Shown here: positions 53,886 to 64,000 of the stretch, piece after piece
Position numbering within the stretch: the stretch's first letter is position 1
Layout of the letters: each line of letters opens with the position of its first letter
Assembly: GCA_028534125.1 (NCBI GenBank)
Contig: CM052817.1
Location: 89,964,001-90,028,000 of the forward strand
Source of the DNA: Lama glama
Lineage: Eukaryota
DNA: 64,000 bases
Direction of reading: 5' to 3'
Position numbers and translations under genes: made by a program
Notes under the pieces: generated by a model
Databases searched by the model: none
The model's input: the letters and a program-made list of their open reading frames with translations, nothing else
What the model was told of the DNA's origin: nothing

Positions 53886-56431
53886 CCACTGACATCCCTG
53901 TCGCTGACCCTGGGATTTTTCTTCGGTCTCTAGGACAGGCAAGTACAGAACTTGCAGGCCTGTGGGGTGCAGCCCAGCAACTGGAGGAGAAGCCAGGAGA
54001 CCGAGGAAACTCCCATGAGTGCTGAGATACTGGGAATAAGGACAGGGGAATACAAAGTTGTGGGGAGCGTCCACTAAAATTTGGGGCCTAAAAGTTGCCA
54101 GGGTAATCCTGGGGTGGCTGTCCACTGGCATGTGGGTCCTGTGGTGGCTATTCTTGAAGAATGGAGGCTGCCAAGCAAGTATAGAGAACTCATGGACACC
54201 CCTAAGGCTGCTGCGGAGATACTGGCCACCATTACAATCGGAAAAACAAGTGGCCACAGCTGTGGGCTGGCCGTTGCTTTCTTAATTAAGAAAGGCCACA
54301 GAGGCTGAGCTACAGCTGAGTGAAGGTTGCCTTGAATCTGATCCGTGTTTCTCTGAAAGTGAACCATGTGACTGTGAGTGAATGCTATGCCTTATTGTCT
54401 GTTACTGTTACTTGTTTAAATTGAATTGGCTGTTTAAAAACTGAAGGAAGAAAAAATCCCTGAAGATGTCCTCTTTTGATATTCTAAAACTGGTTTTTGC
54501 ATATGCTGTTAGAGGAAATGAGCTTTTCTAGAAGGAATTGGTCTTTCTCTTCCTTAGCCTTTGAGATGTAAATAATCTACCTGGGGTCCCAGAAACTTTA
54601 ATTATACGTGATCTCTAAGAGTGAAGAAAAAAAATAAGACGCCTTTTTAAACTCTCTAGGGATAATTGTGTTTTGGGAATGTCTACCTAAAATAGTCTCT
54701 CCAGATTTTGGTAACTTGAAACTAAGCTAAATTAAATGAAGAGAATTTATTGACACCTGGGTCATTTCAAGTAGGATAAAATATTGGAACATTAATTGTT
54801 GGGCAGGCCTAAGTTTACCTACCTTTGTCTTCTTGGGAGAGGAAGACTAAAGTGTAAGTTTTCTGATCAGGAAATGCTATGACAAACAGTTTGCAATTAC
54901 TTGCTTCTAGGTGTTTGCCAGAGATTACGGTTTTTAAGGGTAAAGATTATAGTCAGTCATGATTCTACCAGTGTTATTCTAACCCATGTTCTTTATTGAT
55001 TACATTGTACTCAGGTGTTTAGCCGTGACTTTTAAGTCTTTTGTCACTTTAGACAGTTACTGTTGTACTCTGATGCTTTTGCAAAAGTGCTTCGTCTTCC
55101 GAAAGATTCACAGGAAGGATCTTTGGACAAGTGTAGGTCTGATAAATTTCAGATCATTCTGCTGAACCGAGTAAGAAATGAAAGAATCCTAAGGGAAAAC
55201 CGATGGCTTCATAAAAAGTTAAAAGGATTGGTTACTGAGTGAACTGTTGGATATATTTATAATTTGTATGGTTTTTGTCTGGAATATTACTAGTTTTGGT
55301 CTGTGTTTTGTAGGTATGGGGAAGCCCTTCCCCTCAAGTTCGCTGTGACTTACAGTAATTTGGTAAACTACACCTGTGGGTAGAACTGACATTTCTCTTT
55401 TCTCTCTGCCTCATCTGTCCAGAAATTGGAAACTCTTTGGTTCCAAACAACCTTATCAGGTGAATGGGAAAGACTGTCTCCTGGCAGGTGCAGGAATCTT
55501 GATGTTTTGGAGACCTCTAGAAAGAGAAATGCACCAAGTGGAGCCTGACAGCTGGCCTTTGGCGTGGCTTTCCTGGCCCTGAGACTCCTTCTGAGGAGTT
55601 CCACCACAGCCAGTGTGGAGGAGCCTGTGTGATCAATTGCAAATAAATTAGTCGATTTGGCTGGGTTTGGTGGAGATGACAGTAATTTTAGAGAGAAAAA
55701 TAATATGTTTCAGGGGATATTAAATTCTAGTTCTGCTAATTGAGGTCTGTATTTATGAAAGTTATTGTGTTAGCCATACTTCTGTCCTGATGTTCATCAT
55801 GAAAATGATCTAGTGAAGTTGTCAAAGAGTATTACCACTCATGATGTACCACTGCTTGCTTTAACCGCTGAAAGCACATGTACAATGTTTGTGTAACAAT
55901 GCAATATAAGTGGTAAAATGTATAGCCTATAAAGTGTTCCCCTGTTTACATACCTCTGAGCTTCAGGATGCCTGATCAGTTTTCCCCCAACGTGGATAAC
56001 TAGGCAATTATAAAGGAGGCCTAGCACCAAGAGACATAACCTGGCCCCAGGGCAGCATTCACCCTGGCTTCAAGGGACATATGCTTTGGTCTGTTGAAAG
56101 ATAGGCCGTCAAAAGGGGAATGACTAAAATCTTCACATATGGAGGTATGAGGAAGTCATTTTGGCTTATACATGGTTTTACTTAAACTTTCCTGACCAGA
56201 GTGGCCTGTTTTGTGGCATAACATGCATTGTACATCTGCTTTGGCCATTGTGGGAGGTATTGCATTTGAAAGTCAAAATGGAGCAGCTGTGGTTCAGACA
56301 TCCAAGGTAAAACTAGGAAGCCATTGTAGATGTGATTTTGGACACGTTCTTGTATTACTGATAATTTGAGTTTTCTGAACTGTATTGCAGACCAGGACAA
56401 AAACCACAGGCAGGTGTAGGATTATCTCAGA

Positions 56432-56668
56432 ATGTGGGTACTGCTTGTATTTTGCTTAATGGTCAGGATCTCCCCTGTGTTGTGCCTGTTAGATGTCTCA
56501 CATCTTATCCCTAGCCTTAGCAGAGGGAATCTATTCAAGGACTGGGGAGCAACCATGGCCTCACTGCAAAATGAGTCTGATTGCTGGGTCTACAGTGAGA
56601 TGCCTTTGTTGCCCTTCTCCAGACTTCCAGGAAAAGTTGACCCAACTAATGTGACTCTGTGGGGATGA
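56432..56668 (+). pseudogene. ERV env N-terminal remnant (signal peptide plus start of SU), 78 aa
   Basis: True ATG; hydrophobic MWVLLVFCLMVRISPVLCL; NLFKDW...LQNESDCWV..MP motif typical of retroviral SU; acceptor tgtattgcag at 56390. Confidence 0.7.
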
Positions 56669-58227
56669 TAGATAGCAGGGAAAAAAGACCCTCACCATCT
56701 TCCTGTTACACATGCCAATCTATCAGAATATCCCTGCTGGTAAACATTACTGTACAACTGACTCCCCATGAACACTCCTGGGCTATGCTGTGTGGAATGG
56801 AATAGGCTGGCTTTTGGACACACAAGTCTAACTAGTGGTATTAACTGTTTTTTGTTTGGAAAGACCTAATGGGTCCACCCCTAATTGCACTCAACATAAC
56901 ATGGGGTGGCAGAGCTGTCATATTGCCAACTCCTGGCTAGGTCAACAGAATATTTCCATTAAAGATAGGCCTTCCTCTCTCAATGGGAGTGCCTCTGGGT
57001 TTGTGAAAACCTTACCTTCCTTATAACTGGATAGGATGCTGCCATCATTGACTCCCTCTCCATTGACCAGGTAAGCACTGGCTCCAAAATTTGCCCACAT
57101 CCTGGCAAATGACTATTCTTAGCATACTGAATATCTTGAAATCCTTTAGCTGCTGGTGTCTGTATTGTATTTGTGGTATCTGGTTGCAGTGCCCCTCTAT
57201 GTGCCTGTCTCCAGGGATATCACTGAAGAGGGGCGAAGCAAGATAGTAAGGGTCATACAGGATTTGTAGGGGTGGAGTGTATGGTCAGGCCACTCAAGAT
57301 GACTGTTCTCTTGCTCTCTGTCCCTGCTGGACCATACCTGCTTCATCTGCACCCCAGTCACATGATTGTTACATACGTGTTTCTGCCCCAGCTGGTAATT
57401 GTTCTGACCTTTAGATCGGAACATCTCCACCATGATAGCTTGTCAGAGGGGTCAGTGAGGGGCATGCTCTTTGGCTGGTTTCCCTGGTAACCAGTGAGCC
57501 AACCTGATATCAGTTCCCCCATAACTAGTAACCCCACTCCTAGGAGCGAAGACTGCCACTATATCCTGCCCATCGTCTTCTGTACATGGTGGAGTATCAC
57601 TCCAGGACCTTGCTTCATACATGTAAGATCCCGTATCCATTAAACCACCCATGCCTCTGTCACTGAATTCAGGCTCTCTCTTTGGTCTTGAAGCTGGGCA
57701 AGCACAGCGTTTGTAGGCCTGTGGTGTGCAGCCCAACACAAACACACACACACACACACACACACACAACTTTGCAATATATTTTGGGGGGATATACTTA
57801 CTTTCTCAGATATTGCCACCCTGTTAATGCAGGTGGATTTTTCTCGTGTGTCACAATTTGGATTTCTGTTTAAACTAAACAAAGTCATAAGATTTTTCCT
57901 AAATATAGAAGGGTCCTTAAATGAAGTTTGTTCTTCAGGGTCCATAATGGTTTCTTCAGCACTGCTTCTCTGGTCACTGCTGATGGTGTAAGGTTAGGAT
58001 GATTAGATCTAATTAGCTGTTCTCTTCCGTAAGAAACCTGAAGTTGAAATTGGAAGACAAGCATCTAGGTCACAGAACTGAGTCACTGCCAATGCAACAT
58101 GGTCTAGAATATCCTGCTCAAGACTTTCTCTGAACCAACTTGCTATCAAATGAGGGAAGATTTGATTTGACTCAGTGAGAGATCACCAAATTCTCTGTTT
58201 TTTGCTTCTCAGCCATTATTTAATTGT

Positions 58228-58495
58228 GATTTTTTTCCAGTTTATTGAAATATAATTTATAAGCAACAAAATGCACAGATATTAAATATACGTTTTGGTG
58301 AGTTTTGACAAATGCAATGGCCCACCCCAGTCAAGATAAAGAACAGCTATTTTTGTTGTTGTTGTTTTGTTTGTTTGTTTGTTTGTTTTTGTTTTTTACC
58401 ATAGAGAGTTCCCTGGATTTGCTTTGCAGGAAGTCTTCACCCTCTTCTCTCCATACCCTCACAACCAGGAAGCACTTTTTTTGATATCTGTCAGA
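58228..58495 (-). mobile_element. L1MD/L1ME-like 3' end with an internal (GTTT)n tract
   Basis: 'tttattgaaatataattt...aaaatgcacagatattaa...gagttttgacaaatg'. Confidence 0.75.
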
Positions 58496-58849
58496 ATTTG
58501 GGAAGAGTAGTCATATTCATTTTGGAAAAGTGGGTTGATTCTGATAATAACTATCGTTACCAATCCTTCCCCATCACACTCCCTTGCCAGCCACAAAAGA
58601 TTACTGTGTAGGATTTGGATGTTATTCTGTTTTTTCCTTAATTTTAATTATTTATAGATTGAGTACCTTTGACAGGTCAAAAATTATGCCAGTCTCTGGA
58701 GCCAGAAAAGTGAATCAAAATAAAAATAAGTTTTCCTATCAAGGTACTGAGATTTTAGTGTGAGAATTAGAGTAGTAAACTGAAACTTTTGTAGATATTA
58801 TATAAATCACTTTTCATGACATTCTAAAAGTGCAGGCACTCCTAAATAT

Positions 58850-59222
58850 TGTGTGGAGACTGTTCTGCTGACCAAAATACAGCAGGCAGCCTCTCATGGC
58901 CTCCCTGTGTGGCCACGTTACGGCTTCCTGCCAGTGAGCTCTCACTGGAAGTGACTTAGGACACTTTCAGACTCGGTTCCCAATGACCTCCTAATTGTAC
59001 TCCTCCATGACCGTTTCCCTCGGGTCTGTCTGGAAAGGAGCTCCCTCCCAGGGTAACCATGGAAATGACCGGTTAATGATGGTAGAGTCTTCATGAGTCT
59101 GGTCTTCAAATGACCTTCACTTAAGACTGAGTGTTATATGAGAAGAAAGAAACTTTAACTACATTTGAGAACTTACTCATTTTGAGTTTATTTTTTGCAA
59201 CTGTTAGCCTTCCTAACTGATA
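58850..59222 (+). mobile_element. MaLR LTR, MLT1J-like
   Basis: 'gtggccacgttacggcttcctgccagtgag', 'tgagaagaaagaaacttt', 'ctgttagccttcctaactgata'. Confidence 0.6.
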
Positions 59223-59854
59223 TGATATAAACTGTAGTTTCTTCTTTTTATATAAAATTAATTTTTTCCTTTCAAGACATCTGGTAAAGTCTCAGATGGC
59301 AAAGAAACTTATTATTAAATTCTCCATATCTACACCAGAACGGATGAGCTTTTCTGTAGGAAAAAATAACATGAGAAAACAGACGCTCCTGTTACAAATT
59401 CCCTAGTGCTTTCCTCTTCTAATTTAAAAGTTTCATTATTTGTTTCAGTTGAGGTGAATGGTGCTATGACTATTATTAACATTGTAGTACAGGTGTGGAG
59501 ACCAAATTGTTCACTGATCATGTGATACCAGAAAGAGGGTGGTTCTGGGAGCATCTGCTTTGAGATTTGGACTGTAGCACCCAATCTAGAAAAAAAAAAT
59601 GCCCAAGGGAAAGAGCAAAATATTACCAAATATCTAATTACACACTCATATTTGGTCTCAGTCTTTCTTGATTTCCAATTCATGCTGCTCACAGAAAACA
59701 CTGAGTTTTACTGTATTTAATGCTACCATGATTTTCTTGAGGCTTAAAACTTAAGCATGTTTGGGTCATAACTGATTTTTTTTTAATGGTAATAATGCAG
59801 TGTTTTTTCAGTCTTTCTACCTAGCTAGCATATGGGTTTAAGGAAAAGCATACA

Positions 59855-59950
59855 GTCATCCACACATTCAACAGATATTTACTGAGCCTCTGTAATAGGC
59901 CAGCTGCTGTTTGAGGCACTAGGGGTGTATTGGTTAACAAAGCAGGGCCT
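59855..59950 (-). mobile_element. L2 3' terminus
   Basis: 'cattcaacagatatttactgagcctctgtaataggccag...ggcactagggg'. Confidence 0.75.
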
Positions 59951-60094
59951 CTGGTCATTTCTCTATCCTGTTTTTCATTACACCTGATGTGAACTGTCTG
60001 CCTGTGCTGGTGTTATGTTGATCTGTTCTGTCATGGCAGTTATGGTCTGGGGCTTTCTCTCTGATAGCTCTTTGCTCTTCACTTCTCTCTTTAA

Positions 60095-60950
60095 AGCTTT
60101 ATTTTTTTTTTTCAGAGCAACTTTAGATTAACAGAAAAATTGAGGAGATTTTCCACATATCCCCTGAATCCACACATGTAGAACCTGACCCATTAATACC
60201 ATCCGTCACCAGAATGGTACATCTGTTACCATGATGAGCCTACATTGACACGTCATAATCACCCAAAGTCCAAGACTTACATTAGGTTTTATTCTTGATG
60301 TTTTATGTTCTATGGATTTGGAAAAATGTCTTATGACATATATCCACCATTAGAGTAATATACAGATTATTTTTACTGTCCTAAAAGTTCTCTGTGCTCC
60401 ATCTATTCATTCCCCTTCCAGACCTCTGGCAACCACTGATCTTTCTACTGTCTTCATAGATTTGCCTTTGTTACAATGTCATACAGTTGGAGTATAGTGT
60501 ATGTGGCCTTTTCAGTGGCTTCTTTCACTTAGTAACATACATTTAAGTTTCCTCCATGTATTTTCAAAACTCTGACAGTTCATTTCTTTTTGGCACGGAA
60601 TAGTATTCCATTGTCTGATTCTATCACAGTTTTCATTCACATACTGAAGGGCATCTTGGTTGCTCCTAAGTTTTGGCAATTAGGAAAAACATCCATAAAC
60701 ATCTGTGTGTAGGTTTCTGTGTGGCCATAAGTTTTGAACTCCTTTGAGTAAATACCAAGGAACTCAATTGCTGGATCATATAGGAATAGTACGTTCAAGT
60801 CTGTAAGAAACTCCAAACTGTCTTCCAAAGTGGCTGTGTCATTTTGCATTTTCATCAGCAATGCATGAGAGTTTCTGCTGCCCTGTATCCTTGCCAGGAT
60901 TCGTGGTCTGTATTTCAGATTTTGACCATTCCAGTCGGCGTGTAGTGGTC
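60095..60950 (-). mobile_element. L1MC1-like 3' fragment
   Basis: 'caccagaatggtacatctgttacc', 'cataatcacccaaagtcc'; ORF2 remnant YDPAIEFLGIY. Confidence 0.88.
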
Positions 60951-62165
60951 TTCAAGCCTTTTGTCTGTTTTGTTCATCAGTGTTTCTCAAACACCTGGAT
61001 CAGTATCTGATAGTAAGTGCACAGTAAATATTTGTCAGATTAAGGAGTGATTTACATCCTGCCCCTTCTGCTCAAATGCCATCCAAGAGGAAAGTGGGGA
61101 GAAAAAAAAATAGTGAAGGATTAAGTCAGTTGCAGTGATCGGTCCTTTGCAGACTTTTCCTACAACGATACTTTGCTCATTGCCTTGTGGCCTTGTCCTG
61201 TATTTGCTAGCCTACACCTTTGGCAATTACAGAACATCTCCAGAGGAGGTTTACAAAATCCATACTGACAGCCTCTGGACATAAGTTTGCAGAAGAGATA
61301 CAAATCACAAGGCAGAGACAGGTGAAATATTTTTCCGGTGAGAATTTATGAACCATTCTTAATTCCATTTTTGGATTGTGCATCTCATGTAATAAGATTT
61401 ACTGAAAGTTGTATAGATTATTTGGAACCTAAAACTCTAACACAAAGGTCTTCTTCCAAAGGAAATGTCTGTACTTCTTCTGTCTAGAATATTTTGTGGT
61501 TAGTGATTTTAAACTACAGAATGTACCTGCTAATAAAACAAGAAATGCACCTGGGGTTTTTTAGAAAGGTTTCCTTCATTTAGATAAAAGCAGTTTGAAA
61601 GGTAGTACAGTTTATAATATCAGCTTCTCCCCCATTTTGGATGAGGAAGAAAATCTGAATCTCCTCCAGGCTGTCCAAAGGCAGTGAGGAGGAGAGATGC
61701 TACCCTAGAGGCACACACTTGCCCTTATTCCTTCCCTGTCTGCTCTCCTGTGCAGCGAGGGTCAGGGAAATGAGAAACACCTTCCCCAAAGGTATTGCTT
61801 TGTTCTACAAGTTCCTCTAAAGATCACTGAAGGTGGGGATAAAGACACTAACATCTGATATTTTACCCTTCTCAGTGTATTCGCCTTGAGGGCTTTATGC
61901 TCTTAACAATTGCTGAAGTTACCTTTCTTTCCTGTAGTGATGGACCTTTCCTAGTTAATATTCATTTTCTAGCACTTAACTTTGGCTTATAGGAGCACTC
62001 CATGCTCACCTATCCCAGCCTGACCCTTAATACATACAGAGAAGTGTTTTATATTTAGAAAAAAACGATTTCTTTCCTCAATAAACGTTTTCTATGCTAG
62101 TGTCTCTGTAAGCACTCAAAACATTTAACTTAAAACATACAACAAATAAAATGACCCCTTTATCC

Positions 62166-62237
62166 TTTTTTTTTTAATTGAAGTATAGTTAATTTACAAT
62201 GTTGTGTTAGTTTCTGGTGTACAGCATAGTGATTCAG
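62166..62237 (-). mobile_element. Extremely 5'-truncated L1 tail (~72 bp) with TSD aatgaccccttta
   Basis: Poly-T plus 'aattgaagtatagttaatttacaatgttgtgttagtttctggtgtacagcatagtgattcag'; TSD at 62150-62162 and 62238-62250. Confidence 0.92.
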
Positions 62238-64000
62238 AATGACCCCTTTACTTCTAATTGTATAAATTTATCCTTCTATTAAAATAGTGAGTCAGAGGAG
62301 CAAAGTTTATTGAGAATGAAAAGGTATTAGCTTCATATCTCAAAAATATGATCCCTATTATATTAATAACAAAGAAAAGACATGAAAAAAATTGATAAAA
62401 TCTAGGTGATTATATAAAGAACTATATACATGCAAAAATTTGGAGAAGATTGCTATAAAATGTGGACAGTAGGATAAATTATCAAGGAGGAGTACCATAA
62501 AATAAATAAATTGAAGAGATAAAATCTGAAAAAGCAAACAAGAATTAGGAGCAACTTGCAGAAGTCATAAAAGGAAATAGAAAACTATTACTTTAAAGTG
62601 CCAGGGTAGGATGTGTTACTGCAATTTTAAAAGTCAGGAAGTATGTAAATTTTGGTAGCAATTTTTGCAATGCCATCTCCCCATAAAAACCTTTTAACAG
62701 CTCCACAAGTTGTATAAGCTATCTTATCATAAAAATACAAATTAATGAGAAGTATATAGTATTTTCAGATCGAGTATACAGTACCTACCTGTTCAATTAT
62801 GTTTTGGTTTAGATTATGTTAAAGGTCCTGTTATTTCTGGTATACAAAATGTATAAACTTGACTATGATTCCAGTTACACAGATGAAGAATGAAACCACA
62901 ATTTGGGCAATAAAGTTTTTTTTTTTTCAATTGCAATGTGGAACTGTAGATATCCTTCAGTTATTTAAAAAAAAAAGTGACATTTCTAGTTTGTTTTAGA
63001 AACTAAACTGAGTGAGATGAGTCTTCAGTGGCCCAAATAGGCTAATTTATTAATTAAAATGCTATGTAACCACATAGAATTGTTTCTATCATTCACAATT
63101 AGAGGCATCCTAATGTATTAAAAAATGATTACAATCAGTATGGCATCTTATACTTTCATAATATATAAGGCAGCTTATAAATATAAGATAGCTTTGTTTG
63201 ATGAATTTGACCTGTAATTAAGGAAGTCAGTATGCTGGCTTTTTTAAAATTCCTACACTGTTTTTTTCTTTTTTAAAACAACACAAATCTTTAAAATTTT
63301 CATATGGTTTGACTTTAATTTTGTATAACAATATTTAGTGCCTACTCAGTGTTCAGTGTGTCTTTAATCTTTGATATTGTGATGATATGTTATCAAGATA
63401 CATTGAATTGAAATGGAGACATAAAAACTTCTCAGTAGTTTAGCAAATTATCTGAATTGGTTTGGAACCATTCTGTGAATTCATGCAGGGTTGCAATTTT
63501 GCTTAATCAGGCAATCCGTTTTTCACCCATACAACTAAATTTTAAATGGATTCACTATTTTTTGAATTTTTAATATGTCAGTAATTCAAACTCGGTCTTG
63601 AATATTTTCTGACATTAGTCAGTATCAAAAGGATGAAGCAGAGAAACTAAGCCAGTTTTCACAAATGACAATTCTTCAGTGACTCCAATAAGACGGTAAC
63701 TTTTTCCTTAATAGTTATCTACGGGTAAATGGTAAATTTGATATACGTTGTGACAGGAGAAGTAACAATTTAAATGATGAACAAAGTGATAAGTCCCATC
63801 TGCTAAATACCAAGAAAGATAGAAATGTTAAATAAATAATCATGTTAATAACGTGTAAGAATTTGAAAGCAGCCAATTCTCATCATCCTATAAACAAGCA
63901 TTTAAAAGGAAGACTTGTTAACCAACAGATTCAGTGTCAAATTACATTTTTGGAAGATGAGTCCCTTCATGGATGGTTACCATTTAAGAACATTAAAAAG

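Larger units (their letters stand above)
53487..57738 (+). mobile_element. Complete non-autonomous endogenous retrovirus: 5' LTR 53487-53979, internal region 53980-57277, 3' LTR 57278-57738
   Basis: Paired homologous TG...CA LTRs; degenerate PBS at 53982-53999; polypurine-like tract 'aggggtggag' before the 3' LTR; gag-like and env-like remnants; no pol recognised. Confidence 0.92.

Noticed and set aside
1..64000. CRISPR arrays, operons, rRNA or tRNA genes, CpG island
   Set aside because: Mammalian DNA with no regularly spaced repeat-spacer array, no recognisable structural RNA gene and no CpG-dense island

Overview
AT-rich, CpG-poor eutherian genomic DNA, not prokaryotic. The young LINE-1 3' ends look cetartiodactyl and I saw no ruminant, pig or primate SINEs, so a camelid is my best guess (inference). 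A large share of the window is recognisable interspersed repeat: L1, L2, MIR, MaLR, ERVL, hAT and Tigger elements, plus a complete two-LTR non-autonomous endogenous retrovirus at 53487-57738. There are two fixed 500-N scaffold gaps. I recognise no intact protein-coding gene; the supplied ORFs are repeat remnants, N-gap artefacts or chance. Splice signals suggest the 5' end of an unidentified minus-strand gene, with candidate exons at 26761-26840/27048, 7372-7521, 5715-5798 and 3236-3283 and a possible uORF just before a Kozak ATG. The most notable items are that candidate gene, the mosaic ERV with an env signal-peptide ORF, a truncated LTR bracketed by an 85-bp direct repeat, and a 50-bp templated duplication. 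I found no convincing new biological system. Repeat subfamily names come from recalled consensus motifs and need RepeatMasker/Dfam confirmation.
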